A stretch of DNA of 64,000 nucleotides from Actinomycetota bacterium (GTDB lineage Bacteria > Actinomycetota > Actinomycetes > Nanopelagicales > Nanopelagicaceae). Location of the stretch: assembly GCA_010024385.1 (NCBI GenBank), contig RGHD01000002.1, positions 5,567-69,566 on the forward strand. Reading direction: 5' to 3'. Shown here one piece after another: positions 48,655 through 60,130 of the stretch. Within the stretch, counting starts at the first letter, position 1, and each line of letters starts with the position of its first letter. The position numbers and the translations under genes are program-made. The notes beneath the pieces are model-generated. The model was not told the DNA's origin. It did not search any database and worked only from the letters and a program-made list of their open reading frames with translations.

Positions 48655-49239
48655 TTAATTATACTTTCGATTTACTAGCCGCCAAATAATTGGAAGTGAA
48701 GTTCCAGCAATTGCAATCTTTAGAACTTCGCCAACTATAAATGGTGTTAGCCCTGCATTTATTGTCCAGCTCCAACTTTGGCCAGTGAACTGATGAAGCC
48801 AGAGCAATCCGAATGTAAATGTTGTAAGTGTTCCAAGTAGCATTGAAGGCAGTGCTGTTACAAACTTTTGATCTAAACGCTTTTGTGCAAGTAAACCTAA
48901 AAGAAATGTTGAAACAAGCATTCCCACTAAATAGCCACCAGTTGCCCCAACGACTTTTTCAACTCCATAACTTTGCCCAGCAAATACTGGAGCACCAGCT
49001 ATTCCAGCTAAGAGGTATGTTGCAAAGGTTGCAAAGCCAAGAGATGCGCCATAGGTCGTTCCAACTAAGAGAACGCCAAGAGTTTGCCCAGTAACTGGAA
49101 CAGGTGAACCAGGAACTGGAATCGCAATTTGGGCCAGGGCAGCTAAGAAAAACACGCCCCCAACAATTAAGACCGCCCTACTCAGAGCACTTGCTCGAGG
49201 CAGCACGATTGTTCGAAGGGATGTGGCTGCAATCGACAT
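48655..49239 (-). CDS. bioY: Biotin transporter S-component BioY
   Basis: It is 194 aa with 6 TM segments. It contains 'IPVPGSPVPVTGQTLGVLL' and 'AGIAGAPVFAG', which are typical of BioY. No bioMN genes are adjacent. Confidence 0.85.
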   Translation of the reverse strand: MSIAATSLRTIVLPRASALSRAVLIVGGVFFLAALAQIAIPVPGSPVPVTGQTLGVLLVGTTYGASLGFATFATYLLAGIAGAPVFAGQSYGVEKVVGATGGYLVGMLVSTFLLGLLAQKRLDQKFVTALPSMLLGTLTTFTFGLLWLHQFTGQSWSWTINAGLTPFIVGEVLKIAIAGTSLPIIWRLVNRKYN

Positions 49240-49300
49240 ATTCGAGTCCTCTCGTGTTGGCTAAGTTGTGGATGAGCCTACTTCAAGGGAGAATACGGCT

Positions 49301-49993
49301 ATGTCGCGCGCTAATTTGAGCAAAGATCCCGATGAAGTAGCAGCGATGTTTGATGGCGTTGCCAAGCGCTATGACCTGGTCAATGATTTACTCAGTTTGG
49401 GGCGAACTAAGGCTTGGCGCAAAGCGGCAACGAAGATCATTGCCCCAGCCCCAGGGATGCAGATCCTGGATTTGGCCGCTGGCCCGGGTTCATCCTCTGA
49501 ACCACTCCATAAAGCAGGGGCAACGGTCTTTGCCACTGATTTTTCTGAAGGAATGCTGGCAGTGGGCCGTAAAAGCCGCCCATATCTAAACTTCTCAAAG
49601 GCCGATGCCCTCAATCTGCCCTTTGAAACCAATCGCTTTGATGTTGTGACCATCTCCTATGGCCTTCGAAACACCGTTGATTACCCAAAGGCGCTCGCAG
49701 AAGCCCTTCGAGTCACCAAACCTGGCGGTCGTATGGTTGTGGTCGAGTTCAGCCATCCCACCTGGCGCCCATTTCGCACCATCTATACCGAGTATTTAAT
49801 GAAAGCCCTGCCGGCCATTGCCCGCAAGACCTCCTCCAACCCAGATGCCTATGTCTATTTGGCTGAATCCATTAGGGCATGGCCTAATCAAAACTCTCTG
49901 GCTGCAGCCATGGAAGAAGCGGGGTGGAGCCAGGTGAGCTGGAAAAACCTCACAGGCGGGGTTGTTGCAGTTCACAGCGGGATAAAGGGCTAG
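49301..49993 (+). CDS. menG: Demethylmenaquinone methyltransferase
   Basis: It contains 'FDGVAKRYDLVND' and SAM motif I 'ILDLAAGPG', plus 'ISYGLRN'. I prefer ATG 49301, which is preceded by GGGAG, over the track start 49268. Confidence 0.9.
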   Translation: MSRANLSKDPDEVAAMFDGVAKRYDLVNDLLSLGRTKAWRKAATKIIAPAPGMQILDLAAGPGSSSEPLHKAGATVFATDFSEGMLAVGRKSRPYLNFSKADALNLPFETNRFDVVTISYGLRNTVDYPKALAEALRVTKPGGRMVVVEFSHPTWRPFRTIYTEYLMKALPAIARKTSSNPDAYVYLAESIRAWPNQNSLAAAMEEAGWSQVSWKNLTGGVVAVHSGIKG

Positions 49994-49996
49994 CGG

Positions 49997-50016
49997 TCAT
50001 TGGCATTAGCCAATGA
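49997..50016 (+). promoter_or_regulatory. Perfect 20-bp palindrome / 8-bp stem, 4-nt loop hairpin (TCATTGGC-ATTA-GCCAATGA) between menG and nuoA
   Basis: I read this directly from the sequence. It lies in the 39-nt menG-nuoA spacer, 17 nt upstream of the nuoA GTG. No U-tract follows it. Confidence 0.3.
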
Positions 50017-50032
50017 ACTCTAAGATTTCACC

Positions 50033-50404
50033 GTGCCAGCAACTTCTAATCCATACGTGCCTATTTTGGTATTAGGGGCTATCGGCTTTGGTTTTGCGGC
50101 TTTTTCAATAGTTGCAGGAGCCCTAACTGGTCCAAAGCGCTACAACCGTGCGAAGTTAGATGCTTATGAGTGTGGAATTGAACCTTCACCACAAGCTGCA
50201 GAGGGTGGACGTTTTCCAGTTAAATATTTCTTAACTGCAATGCTCTTTATTATCTTTGATATTGAAATTGTTTTCCTTTATCCATGGGCAGTCTCATTTG
50301 ATGCACTTGGTCTCTTTGGCTTAATTGAAATGGCTATCTTCATTGGAACAGTCTTTGTTGCATATGCATATGTGTGGCGACGCGGCGGATTGGAATGGGA
50401 TTAA
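50033..50404 (+). CDS. nuoA: NADH-quinone oxidoreductase subunit A
   Basis: It has three TM segments and contains 'YECGIEP' and 'FDIEIVFLYPW'. It is the first gene of a 14-gene nuo array. Confidence 0.93.
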   Translation: MPATSNPYVPILVLGAIGFGFAAFSIVAGALTGPKRYNRAKLDAYECGIEPSPQAAEGGRFPVKYFLTAMLFIIFDIEIVFLYPWAVSFDALGLFGLIEMAIFIGTVFVAYAYVWRRGGLEWD

Positions 50405-50407
50405 AAA

Positions 50408-50965
50408 ATGGGTCTTGAAGAGAAAATCCCAAGTGGTTTTGTTCTAACCACTGTTGAAAAGCTAGCTGGCTATATGCGCAAGAACTCATTGTGGCCAGCA
50501 ACATTTGGTCTTGCATGCTGTGCTATTGAGATGATGGCAGTGGGTTCAGCAGCTAAATATGATATTTCACGTTTTGGTATGGAAGTTTTCCGTGCATCCC
50601 CCCGTCAAGCAGATTTAATGATTGTTGCTGGACGTGTTTCAAACAAGATGGCCCCAGTGCTTCGCCAGATCTATGATCAAATGGCAGCACCAAAGTGGGT
50701 AATTGCAATGGGTGCTTGTGCATCTTCTGGTGGAATGTTTAACAACTATGCAATTGTGCAAGGTGTTGATCACGTAGTTCCAGTTGATATCTATCTTCCA
50801 GGTTGCCCACCTCGACCTGAGATGTTGCTCGATGCAATCTTGAAACTTCACTCAAAGATTTATGATGAAAAATTAGGCTCAAATCGCGCACAAATCATCA
50901 AAGAAGTTGAACTTGCTGCAATGAATGCAAAGCCAACTATTGAGATGAAGGGCCTGTTGGCATAG
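50408..50965 (+). CDS. nuoB: NADH-quinone oxidoreductase subunit B
   Basis: It has the N2 cluster ligands: 'GLACCAIEM', 'GACASSGG' and 'LPGCPPRPE'. Confidence 0.96.
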   Translation: MGLEEKIPSGFVLTTVEKLAGYMRKNSLWPATFGLACCAIEMMAVGSAAKYDISRFGMEVFRASPRQADLMIVAGRVSNKMAPVLRQIYDQMAAPKWVIAMGACASSGGMFNNYAIVQGVDHVVPVDIYLPGCPPRPEMLLDAILKLHSKIYDEKLGSNRAQIIKEVELAAMNAKPTIEMKGLLA

Positions 50966-51595
50966 ATGAGTGAACAGGGAATGTTTGGTGCCAAGGGCAC
51001 CGGCGACACATCAGGTTATGGCGGGCTAGTCCGCACAGCTGCTTCTACAGGCTCATCCGAGCGCCCATATGGCAGTTATTTTGATGAAGTTGCCGATGAT
51101 TTAGAGCGCGCATACCCAATGTTTTCAGAGGCAATTGAACGCGTTGTGGTTGATCGCGGTGAATTAACTTTGCATGTCAAGCGTGAAAAGTTAGTAGAAG
51201 TTTCTAAGATTTTGCGTGATTCATTAAAGTTTGAAATGTGCATGGGTGTCTCTGGAGTTCACTATCCAACAGATGCAGGACGCGAGCTCCATGCCGTTTA
51301 TCCATTACTTTCATTAACTAACAATCGACGCATTCGTCTTGAAGTATCCGTGCCTGATCTAGATCCTCACATTCCATCAGTTGTTGAAGTGTGGGCAGGA
51401 AATAACTGGCATGAGCGTGAGGTCTTTGACATGTTCGGAATCATCTTTGATGGCCATCCAGGTCTTACTCGTATTTTGATGCCAGATGATTGGCAAGGAC
51501 ACCCACAACGTAAAGATTATGCACTCGGTGGAATTCCAGTTGAGTACAAGGGTGCAACAACTCCTCCTCCTAATGAGAGAAGGAGTTACAAGTGA
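50966..51595 (+). CDS. nuoC: NADH-quinone oxidoreductase subunit C
   Basis: It contains '[18 protein letters not shown]', the 30-kDa subunit signature. Confidence 0.93.
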   Translation: MSEQGMFGAKGTGDTSGYGGLVRTAASTGSSERPYGSYFDEVADDLERAYPMFSEAIERVVVDRGELTLHVKREKLVEVSKILRDSLKFEMCMGVSGVHYPTDAGRELHAVYPLLSLTNNRRIRLEVSVPDLDPHIPSVVEVWAGNNWHEREVFDMFGIIFDGHPGLTRILMPDDWQGHPQRKDYALGGIPVEYKGATTPPPNERRSYK

Positions 51596-52929
51596 CAGTT
51601 TTTGATCCATATGCACCGTCTCGCGATACAACTGAAGGAACTGTTTATTCAGTAACAGGTGGTGATTGGGATTCACTCGTTCAAGAGATTGGTTCAACCA
51701 AGGAAGAGCGGGTTGTTGTGAACATGGGTCCACAGCACCCATCTACTCACGGTGTACTGCGATTGGTATTAGAGCTTGAGGGTGAAACAGTTACTGAAGC
51801 TCGAGCAGGAATTGGCTACCTCCACACAGGTATTGAAAAGAACATGGAATACCGCAGTTGGACTCAGGGCACGACTTTCGTCACTCGTATGGATTACCTA
51901 AGCCCACTCTTTAATGAAACTGCCTATTGCTTAGCTGTTGAAAAGCTTTTGGGAATTACACAAGATGTTCCAGAACGTGCCAGCGTTATTCGCGTGATGA
52001 TGATGGAGCTCAACCGAATCTCTTCACACATGGTTGCACTTGGTACAGGAGCCCTTGAATTAGGCGCAATTTCACCTATGTTCTTTGCCTTCCGTGAGCG
52101 CGAGATAGTCCTAGATATATTTGAAATGATTTCAGGCCTTCGCATGAATATGGCTTATGTGCGCCCAGGTGGAGTTCAACAAGATCTGCCCGAAGGTGCG
52201 ATTCCAAAGATTCGCGATGCAGTAAAGCTGATGCGCAAGAACTTTAAAGACAACACAACGTTGCTTGTTGGAAATTCAATTTGGATGAAGCGCACACAAG
52301 GTATTGGTTACCTAGATCTAGCTGGTTGCACCACTCTTGGAATCACAGGTCCAGTACTACGTTCAACTGGTTTGCCTTGGGATCTGCGCAAGATGCAACC
52401 ATATTGTGGTTATGAGGATTACAACTTTGATGTGATCACTGCAGATACTTGCGATGTTTATGGTCGCTTTTTAATCCGTATGAATGAACTAGAACAATCA
52501 CTTCGCATTATTGAGCAAGCACTTGATAAGTTGGAAAAACTAGAAGGTGCACCAGTGATGGTTGCTGATAAGAAAATTGCCTGGCCAGCACAGCTTGCAA
52601 TGGGTGGAGATGGACTGGGTAACTCTCTTAACCACATTCGCGAAATTATGGGAACATCAATGGAGTCATTGATTCACCACTTCAAGTTAGTCACAGAAGG
52701 TTTTCATGTTCCTGCAGGCCAGGTTTATGCAGCAATTGAATCTCCACGCGGTGAACTTGGTGCACAAGTTGTCTCTGATGGTGGAACTAAGCCATATCGA
52801 ATGCACTTTCGTGAACCATCATTTAATAACTTGCAAGCAACTCCTGCGATGAGTGAAGGTGGCATGGTTGCCGACATTATCGGCGCAGTTGCCTCTATCG
52901 ATCCAGTTATGGGAGGCGTAGACCGCTAA
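51592..52929 (+). CDS. nuoD: NADH-quinone oxidoreductase subunit D
   Basis: It contains '[14 protein letters not shown]' and 'ESPRGELG', the 49-kDa subunit signatures. The GTG start overlaps the nuoC stop. Confidence 0.96.
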   Translation: MTVFDPYAPSRDTTEGTVYSVTGGDWDSLVQEIGSTKEERVVVNMGPQHPSTHGVLRLVLELEGETVTEARAGIGYLHTGIEKNMEYRSWTQGTTFVTRMDYLSPLFNETAYCLAVEKLLGITQDVPERASVIRVMMMELNRISSHMVALGTGALELGAISPMFFAFREREIVLDIFEMISGLRMNMAYVRPGGVQQDLPEGAIPKIRDAVKLMRKNFKDNTTLLVGNSIWMKRTQGIGYLDLAGCTTLGITGPVLRSTGLPWDLRKMQPYCGYEDYNFDVITADTCDVYGRFLIRMNELEQSLRIIEQALDKLEKLEGAPVMVADKKIAWPAQLAMGGDGLGNSLNHIREIMGTSMESLIHHFKLVTEGFHVPAGQVYAAIESPRGELGAQVVSDGGTKPYRMHFREPSFNNLQATPAMSEGGMVADIIGAVASIDPVMGGVDR

Positions 52930-53558
52930 TGGCATTCTCACAAGAAGATCTAGCAATCATGGAAACGATAATTAAGCGTTATCCACGTCCTCGTTCTGCA
53001 ATTATGCCGTTGCTCCACTTTGTTCAATCACGTGCGGGCTATGTTACAAATGAAGGTATTGAAATCATTGCCCAGCAGCTAGAGCTAGCAGCTGCTGAAG
53101 TCACTGCTGTGTCTACGTTTTATACCCAATATAAGCCAACGCCAGTAGGTGAATACCACGTGGGTGTGTGCACAAATACTTTGTGCGCCATCATGGGCGG
53201 GGATGCAATTATGGATGGACTGAAAGAACACCTTGGAATTGAAAACAATGGTGTTACAGCAGATGGCAAAGTTTCACTTGAGCACATTGAGTGCAACGCC
53301 GCATGTGATTACGCACCAGTTATTATGGCTAACTGGGAGTTTTATGACAACCAGACTGTTGAGTCTGCAAAAGATTTAGTTGATTCAATGCGTGCAGGTA
53401 ATCCAAAGCCTCCAACTCGTGGACCAAATACTTTGGTTACATGGAAGCAAGCGTCTGAAGTTCTTGCGGGATTAAATGATGGAAGAGCAAATGAAGGCGT
53501 TCAAGCCGGCGGACCAACACTTCTTGGTTTGAAAATTGCAAAGGGAGAAACTAAGTAA
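52929..53558 (+). CDS. nuoE: NADH-quinone oxidoreductase subunit E
   Basis: It has the 2Fe-2S ligands 'VCTNTLCAIMG' and 'ECNAACDYAP'. Confidence 0.94.
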   Translation: MAFSQEDLAIMETIIKRYPRPRSAIMPLLHFVQSRAGYVTNEGIEIIAQQLELAAAEVTAVSTFYTQYKPTPVGEYHVGVCTNTLCAIMGGDAIMDGLKEHLGIENNGVTADGKVSLEHIECNAACDYAPVIMANWEFYDNQTVESAKDLVDSMRAGNPKPPTRGPNTLVTWKQASEVLAGLNDGRANEGVQAGGPTLLGLKIAKGETK

Positions 53559-54839
53559 ATGACTAAGTTAACTCCAGTTCTATCTGCCCATTGGGATGAA
53601 AAAGATTCATTCACAATTGAGGGCTATAAGCGCCACGGTGGTTACACCGCATCTGCTAAAGCACTTGCGATGGATCCAGATGCAATTATTCAACTTATAA
53701 AAGACTCTGGACTACGCGGTCGTGGTGGTGCAGGTTTCCCAACTGGAATGAAGTGGGGCTTTATTCCTCAGGGTGATAACAGAGAGCACTACTTAGTTGT
53801 TAATGCCGATGAATCAGAGCCAGGAACATGCAAAGACACACCGCTGTTGATGGCAAACCCACATGTTCTTATTGAAGGCTGCATCATCGCTTGCCATGCA
53901 ATTCGTGCAAAGCACGCATTTATCTATATTCGAGGTGAAGTAACGCATGTTGTTCGTCGCGTTAATCAAGCAATCGAAGATGCTTACAAAGCAGGATTGC
54001 TTGGAAATGGAATTGATGTTGTTCTACATATTGGTGCTGGTGCATATATCTGCGGTGAAGAAACCGCACTCCTTGATTCACTAGAAGGCTTCCGCGGCCA
54101 ACCACGTTTGCGCCCCCCATTTCCAGCTATTGCAGGCCTTTATGCCCGCCCAACAGTTGTTAATAACGTTGAATCCATTGCTTCAGTGCCAGCGATTATC
54201 GCTAATGGCGCAGAGTGGTATCAGAGCATGGGAACTGAGAAAAGCAAAGGCGCAACACTTTATTCACTCTCAGGTCACGTGAATAACCCTGGCCAGTTTG
54301 AAGCACCACTTGGAATTACTCTTCGCGAAATTCTTGAACTTGCAGGTGGAATTCGCACCGGTCACACATTGAAGTTCTGGACACCTGGTGGATCTTCAAC
54401 TCCACTCTTTACAGCAGAGCATCTAGATGTTCCATTGGATTACGAAGCTGTTTCAGCTGCAGGTTCAATGCTTGGAACTAAAGCTCTACAAATCTTTGAT
54501 GAGACAACATGTGTTGTTCGCGCAGTATTGCGCTGGACTGAGTTCTATAAGCATGAGTCATGCGGTAAGTGCACACCTTGTCGTGAGGGCACATGGTGGT
54601 TAGTACAACTCCTTCGCGATCTTGAAGCGGGTAAAGGCACTGAAGCAGATCTTGCCAAGTTGCTTGATCTTTGCGACAACATCATGGGCCGATCATTTTG
54701 TGCTCTTGGTGATGGTGCAACAAGTCCAATTACTTCATCTATTAAGTATTTCCGCGATGAATACATCGCTCACATTACTCATGGTGGATGTCCATTTGAT
54801 CCAGTTGCATCAACTCTATTTGCAGGGGCAGGTGCATAA
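53559..54839 (+). CDS. nuoF: NADH-quinone oxidoreductase subunit F
   Basis: It has the FMN/NADH site 'GRGGAGFPTG' and the 4Fe-4S motif 'ESCGKCTPCREG'. Confidence 0.97.
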   Translation: MTKLTPVLSAHWDEKDSFTIEGYKRHGGYTASAKALAMDPDAIIQLIKDSGLRGRGGAGFPTGMKWGFIPQGDNREHYLVVNADESEPGTCKDTPLLMANPHVLIEGCIIACHAIRAKHAFIYIRGEVTHVVRRVNQAIEDAYKAGLLGNGIDVVLHIGAGAYICGEETALLDSLEGFRGQPRLRPPFPAIAGLYARPTVVNNVESIASVPAIIANGAEWYQSMGTEKSKGATLYSLSGHVNNPGQFEAPLGITLREILELAGGIRTGHTLKFWTPGGSSTPLFTAEHLDVPLDYEAVSAAGSMLGTKALQIFDETTCVVRAVLRWTEFYKHESCGKCTPCREGTWWLVQLLRDLEAGKGTEADLAKLLDLCDNIMGRSFCALGDGATSPITSSIKYFRDEYIAHITHGGCPFDPVASTLFAGAGA

Positions 54840-57188
54840 ATGACTACTGAAGTCGTAGACATGATCACTGTCGTTGTTGATGGATTTGAAGTGAGCGTTC
54901 CTAAGGGAACATTAGTAATTCGCGCGGCAGAAAAACTTGGAATTCAGATTCCACGCTTTTGTGATCACCCACTTCTAGATCCAGTTGGTGCATGTCGCCA
55001 ATGTTTAGTTGATATTGAAATTAATGGCCGTGCATTTCCAAAGCCACAGGCTTCTTGCACAATTCCAGTTGAGCCAGGCATGATTGTTAAAACTCAACTC
55101 ACTTCACCAGTTGCTGAAAAAGCGCAGCGCGGTGTTATGGAGCTTCTACTTATTAACCACCCACTTGATTGCCCAGTCTGTGACAAGGGTGGGGAGTGCC
55201 CATTGCAAAACCAGGCAATGAGCAATGGCCAGGGTGAAACCCGTTTTGAAGGCGTGAAGCGCACATTCCAAAAACCAATCAATATCTCTTCTCAAGTATT
55301 ACTAGATCGCGAACGCTGTGTTCTCTGTGCTCGCTGCACACGTTTCTCAGAGCAGATTGCATCTGATCCATTTATTACTTTGAATGAGCGTGGTGCTTTG
55401 CAACAAGTTGGTATCTATGAAAACAAACCTTTCGAGTCTTATTTCTCAGGCAACACAGTTCAAATCTGTCCAGTGGGAGCACTTACAGGTGCTGCATATC
55501 GATTCCGTGCACGTCCATTTGATTTAGTTTCAACACCATCTGCTTGTGAGCACTGTGCATCTGGTTGCGATATGCGCACCGATGTTCGTCGTGGAAAAAC
55601 TTTGCGCCGCCTTGCTGGTGATGATTCAACTGTTAATGAAGAGTGGAACTGTGACAAGGGACGTTGGGCATTTAAATATGTCACATCCGTTGATCGCCTC
55701 ACAACACCAATGGTTCGGAATGCATCCGGAGAATTAATTCCAGCATCTTGGCCAGAGGCGTTAGCTGCTGCAGCAAAAGGATTGAAAGCTTCAAAAGCTG
55801 CAGTTCTTGTTGGTGGCCGTGCAACGTATGAAGATGCATATGGTTATAGCAAGTTTGCACGTGTTGCACTTGGTACAAACGATATTGATTTCCGTTCACG
55901 TCTTTCATCAAATGAAGAACGTGAATTCCTTGCAGCACGCGTAGTTGGGTCGACTACAACGTATTTGGATATTGATCGCGCAGATCACGTTCTACTTGTT
56001 GGCTTTGAGCCAGAAGAAGAATCACCGATTGTTTTCTTGCGTTTGAATAAGCAAGTACGAAAGCGCGCACTCAAGGTCACAGCAATTGCAACCAAGCTTT
56101 CAATCGGAGTTGAAAAACTTAAAGGTGAGTTTGTAAAGGTTGCTCCAGGGGCTGAAGCTGCTGCTATTGCCTCACAATCACTTACTTCAAAATCAGTAAT
56201 TTTAGTGGGGGAGAGAGCGGCAGAAAGTGCTGGAGTATTAAGCGCAGTTGCAGCTCTTGCTGATTCAAGTAATGCCAAAATCGCTTGGATTCCACGTCGT
56301 GCTGGTGAGCGTGGTGCACTTGAAGCCGGTGCTATCGGTAACTTGTTGCCAGGTGGACGCCCAGTTTCTGATGCATCAGCACGTGTTGATATTGCAGCGG
56401 TGTGGGGTTCTAACTCACTACCAAGTGCAGAAGGCAAGAGCACGCAAGAGATTTATGCAGCAGTAAATGCGGGTGAAATCGGTGCACTAGTTGTTGGCGG
56501 CGTTGATCCACTTGATGGTGAAGATAGCCAAAGCGCACTTGCAGCACTTGAAAAGGCTTTTGTTGTTTCTCTAGAAATTGCTAGCAGTGCAGTTACACAA
56601 CATGCAGATGTTGTATTACCAGTTGCTGCAGTTACTGAAAAGAGCGGTTCATTTTTAAACTGGGAAGGACGTCCACGATCATTTGATGCTGCAGTGCAAG
56701 ATTCACTTAATCGCAGCGATCTCCGTATTCTTTCAATGATTGCCCAAGAGATGGGTACATCAATAAATCTTGGAACTGTTAGCGCAGCTATTAAGGAAAT
56801 TTCATCCCTTGGTAAGTGGGAGGGTACTCGCGCATCAATGAGTAAAGTTTCTGCATCTGCCCAGCCAACAGTGTCTGGAGATCAATTCATCCTCACATCA
56901 TGGCGCCGTTTGCTTGATCTTGGAACTTTGCAACAAGGTGAAGAAAACCTTGCAGGAACAGCCAGAAAAACTGTTGCAGTTATTTCACCTAAGCGTGCTG
57001 GCGCACTTGGGGTGGTCGATGGCGACAAACTTAAGATTTCAACTTCTTTAGGTTCAGTAACTTTGAGCGCACTTGTTGAAGATATTCATGATGATGCAAT
57101 CTGGGCACCACGTAATTCACGCGGTTCTCAGTTACTAGTAAATCTAGGCGTTGCACATGGCGCAGTAGTGAGTGTGGTGAAGGTATGA
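54840..57188 (+). CDS. nuoG: NADH-quinone oxidoreductase subunit G
   Basis: It has an N-terminal 2Fe-2S motif 'CRQC', then '[17 protein letters not shown]' and '[10 protein letters not shown]'. A molybdopterin-like C-domain follows. Confidence 0.96.
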   Translation: MTTEVVDMITVVVDGFEVSVPKGTLVIRAAEKLGIQIPRFCDHPLLDPVGACRQCLVDIEINGRAFPKPQASCTIPVEPGMIVKTQLTSPVAEKAQRGVMELLLINHPLDCPVCDKGGECPLQNQAMSNGQGETRFEGVKRTFQKPINISSQVLLDRERCVLCARCTRFSEQIASDPFITLNERGALQQVGIYENKPFESYFSGNTVQICPVGALTGAAYRFRARPFDLVSTPSACEHCASGCDMRTDVRRGKTLRRLAGDDSTVNEEWNCDKGRWAFKYVTSVDRLTTPMVRNASGELIPASWPEALAAAAKGLKASKAAVLVGGRATYEDAYGYSKFARVALGTNDIDFRSRLSSNEEREFLAARVVGSTTTYLDIDRADHVLLVGFEPEEESPIVFLRLNKQVRKRALKVTAIATKLSIGVEKLKGEFVKVAPGAEAAAIASQSLTSKSVILVGERAAESAGVLSAVAALADSSNAKIAWIPRRAGERGALEAGAIGNLLPGGRPVSDASARVDIAAVWGSNSLPSAEGKSTQEIYAAVNAGEIGALVVGGVDPLDGEDSQSALAALEKAFVVSLEIASSAVTQHADVVLPVAAVTEKSGSFLNWEGRPRSFDAAVQDSLNRSDLRILSMIAQEMGTSINLGTVSAAIKEISSLGKWEGTRASMSKVSASAQPTVSGDQFILTSWRRLLDLGTLQQGEENLAGTARKTVAVISPKRAGALGVVDGDKLKISTSLGSVTLSALVEDIHDDAIWAPRNSRGSQLLVNLGVAHGAVVSVVKV

Positions 57189-58432
57189 CAACAGCAGAGC
57201 TCATTGCCGCAGATTCAGGGACAACCATTCTCATCAAGGCACTCCTAGTCTTTATTTTCTGTGTCCTTCTAACGCTTATGTCGGTATGGGGAGAGCGTCG
57301 CCTTGTTGGTCGAATGCAGGAGCGTCCAGGTCCTAACCGTGTTGGTCCATTTGGCTTAATTCAAGCTTTAGCTGATGGCGTGAAGTTAGCGCTTAAAGAA
57401 GATTTAATTCCGGCGGCGGCAGACAAGATTGTCTTTGTTCTTGCACCAATCATCAGTGCAACCACATGCTTTATGTCTTTTGCTGTCATTCCTATTACTG
57501 GTGAAGTTTCACTCTTTGGTCAAAAAACTGCGATGCAGTTAACTGATCTTCCAGTAGGCGTTCTCTATGTTTTAGCAATTGCATCAGTGGGTGTCTATGG
57601 AATTGTGTTGGCTGGTTGGTCATCTGGTTCTACATATCCACTCCTTGGCGGATTGCGCTCAAGTGCTCAAGTGATTTCATATGAAGTTGCGATGGGACTT
57701 TCTCTTGTTGCGGTATTTATTTATGCAGGTTCAATGTCAACTTCTGAGATTGTGGCTGCGCAATCAACGTGGTGGTATGGCGTTGTGCTCTTCCCATCAT
57801 TTGCAATCTATGCAATCTCAATGGTGGGTGAGACTAACCGTGCACCATTCGATTTAGCAGAAGCAGAGGGTGAATTAGTTGGTGGTTTCCACACTGAGTA
57901 TTCATCACTTAAGTTCGCACTCTTCTTCTTGGCTGAGTATGTAAACATCATCGCAGTTTCAGCACTTGCCACAACTCTCTTCCTTGGCGGGTATCACGCA
58001 CCTCCAGGACTTGGATTTACTGAAGCCTGGTTAGGCGGATGGTTTACCGGCATCTGGTTCTTCTCAAAGGTGCTTGTTTTCTTCTTCGTATTCGTTTGGC
58101 TACGCGGCACGCTCCCACGTCTTCGTTATGACCAATTTATGCAGTTTGGTTGGAAGATCTTGATCCCAGTATCAATTCTCTGGATCTTGGTTGTTGCAAC
58201 TCTTCGCACACTCTCACTAGAAGGTGCTCCACGCATTGTTGTCATTGGTTTTGCAAGCTTTGTGGTCCTTCTAGTTATGGCTGCAAATATCGGATTTGAA
58301 AATGCTAAGAAGAAAAAGCTGGAATCACTTGAGGTTGAAGTCAGTGAGCCATCTTTTGCTGTTCCAACTGTTCCAATGAATGTTTCAAACATCAATGTGT
58401 CACAAAGTAGTAAGGGAGGCGATCATGTCTGA
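57185..58432 (+). CDS. nuoH: NADH-quinone oxidoreductase subunit H
   Basis: It contains '[15 protein letters not shown]' and '[25 protein letters not shown]'. Confidence 0.96.
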   Translation: MTTAELIAADSGTTILIKALLVFIFCVLLTLMSVWGERRLVGRMQERPGPNRVGPFGLIQALADGVKLALKEDLIPAAADKIVFVLAPIISATTCFMSFAVIPITGEVSLFGQKTAMQLTDLPVGVLYVLAIASVGVYGIVLAGWSSGSTYPLLGGLRSSAQVISYEVAMGLSLVAVFIYAGSMSTSEIVAAQSTWWYGVVLFPSFAIYAISMVGETNRAPFDLAEAEGELVGGFHTEYSSLKFALFFLAEYVNIIAVSALATTLFLGGYHAPPGLGFTEAWLGGWFTGIWFFSKVLVFFFVFVWLRGTLPRLRYDQFMQFGWKILIPVSILWILVVATLRTLSLEGAPRIVVIGFASFVVLLVMAANIGFENAKKKKLESLEVEVSEPSFAVPTVPMNVSNINVSQSSKGGDHV

Positions 58433-59036
58433 GCAACTCGAACCGCTAAAGAAGAGCGAGATTTCGGTTAACGATATCGCCTACACAAAGATGCAGACAG
58501 GTGAATCAGTAGGACTACTCGGACACCTGAAAGGCTTTCTGGTCCCATTTTCGAAGATCTTTAAGAAGACCCTTACAGTTGAATACCCAGAAGTAAAAGC
58601 ACCAACAGCAGAGCGCTTCCATGGTCGTCACCAACTTAACCGTCACCCAGATGGTTTAGAAAAATGTATTGGTTGCGAACTATGTGCTTGGGCATGTCCA
58701 GCAGATGCAATTTATGTTGAAGGCGCTGATAACACTCCAGAGAATCAAATGTCTCCAGGAGAGCGATACGGCAAGGTTTATCAAATTAACTATCTGCGTT
58801 GTGTGTTCTGCGGGCTATGTATTGAAGCCTGCCCAACACGCGCCCTAACAATGACTAATGAATATGAATTAGCTGATGAATCTCGCGCGAAACTAATCTT
58901 TGAAAAAGAAGATTTATTGGCACCACTTCGCCAGGGAATGTTGATGCCTCCGCATCCAATGTATCCAGATATGGATGAGAGCAATTACTACAAGGGTGAA
59001 GTAAAGCAATCACACCCATCTCAGGACGTGAAATAG
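58425..59036 (+). CDS. nuoI: NADH-quinone oxidoreductase subunit I
   Basis: It has two 4Fe-4S motifs, '[12 protein letters not shown]' and '[12 protein letters not shown]'. ATG 58425 is preceded by AAGGGAGG. The track start 58380 lies inside nuoH. Confidence 0.95.
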   Translation: MSEQLEPLKKSEISVNDIAYTKMQTGESVGLLGHLKGFLVPFSKIFKKTLTVEYPEVKAPTAERFHGRHQLNRHPDGLEKCIGCELCAWACPADAIYVEGADNTPENQMSPGERYGKVYQINYLRCVFCGLCIEACPTRALTMTNEYELADESRAKLIFEKEDLLAPLRQGMLMPPHPMYPDMDESNYYKGEVKQSHPSQDVK

Positions 59037-59828
59037 ATGCTTGATTTAGCTATTTCAGTGGGTCAAACACAGACGCCAGAGGCTGTTTTATTCTGGGTGC
59101 TTGCTCCATTGACTGTTGCTGCAGCGCTAGGAATGTTGCTAGTTAAAAAGGCGGTTCACTCTGCAATTTTGATGGCATCTGTCATGGTCAACTTGGCAGT
59201 TTTCTATATTGCTCAAGATGCTCTCTTCCTTGGAATCGTGCAGATTGTTGTTTATACCGGTGCAGTAATGATGCTCTTCCTCTTTATTCTCATGCTTGTG
59301 GGTGTTGATTCATCTGATTCACTCACTGAAACAATCCCAGGTCTTCGACCAATTGCCATAGTTGCAGCGGTTGGATTCGGTGGTTTGATGGTTTCTTTAA
59401 TTGGTCGTGCAACTCTTGGTCGAAACGCAATTGGATTAGATGCAGCCAATTCACTTGGAAATGTTGAAGGCATCGCACAGCTTTTATTTTCAAAATATGT
59501 CTGGCCATTTGAAGTTGTTTCAGCGCTTTTGATCACTGCAGCGCTAGGTGCAATGGTTCTTGCCCATCACCAAAGTATTCAAATGCGACCAACTCAGCGC
59601 CAACTTTCAACCCAACGCTTCCGTGGGAAATCACTTGCTAACGCTGCAGGTCTTCCAGCACCAGGTGTATTTGCTCGTCACAACGCTGTAGATGTTCCAG
59701 CTCTTTTGCCAGATGGCACTCCAGCTGCCAACTCAATTAACGCGACTTTGCAAGCACGTGGCGACATGCTCAACTCAGGCACATTTGAACTTGGCAAGGT
59801 CGACACCAGTAAGGGAGAGGAGAAGTAA
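59037..59828 (+). CDS. nuoJ: NADH-quinone oxidoreductase subunit J (with C-terminal extension)
   Basis: It has five TM segments and contains 'QIVVYTGAVMMLFLFILML'. Its position is between nuoI and nuoK. Confidence 0.92.
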   Translation: MLDLAISVGQTQTPEAVLFWVLAPLTVAAALGMLLVKKAVHSAILMASVMVNLAVFYIAQDALFLGIVQIVVYTGAVMMLFLFILMLVGVDSSDSLTETIPGLRPIAIVAAVGFGGLMVSLIGRATLGRNAIGLDAANSLGNVEGIAQLLFSKYVWPFEVVSALLITAALGAMVLAHHQSIQMRPTQRQLSTQRFRGKSLANAAGLPAPGVFARHNAVDVPALLPDGTPAANSINATLQARGDMLNSGTFELGKVDTSKGEEK

Positions 59829-60128
59829 ATGGATGCAGCTAACTATCTATATCTATCTGCACTTCTCTTCACAATTGGAGCTGTTGGAGTAGTTGTTCGA
59901 CGCAATGCAATCGTTGTTTTTATGTGTGTTGAACTCATGCTTAACGCTGCAAACCTAGCTTTTGTGACGTTTTCTAGAATTAATGGTGATCTCAACGGTC
60001 AAGTAGTGGCTTTCTTTACGATGGTTGTTGCCGCGTGTGAGGTTGTGGTTGGTCTTGCAATTATCGTGACGATTTATCGCTCACGCCGTTCAGCATCAGT
60101 TGATGATGCTAGTTTGTTGAAGCGATAG
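59829..60128 (+). CDS. nuoK: NADH-quinone oxidoreductase subunit K
   Basis: It is 99 aa with 3 TM segments and contains '[12 protein letters not shown]' and '[11 protein letters not shown]'. Confidence 0.95.
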   Translation: MDAANYLYLSALLFTIGAVGVVVRRNAIVVFMCVELMLNAANLAFVTFSRINGDLNGQVVAFFTMVVAACEVVVGLAIIVTIYRSRRSASVDDASLLKR

Positions 60129-60130
60129 CC

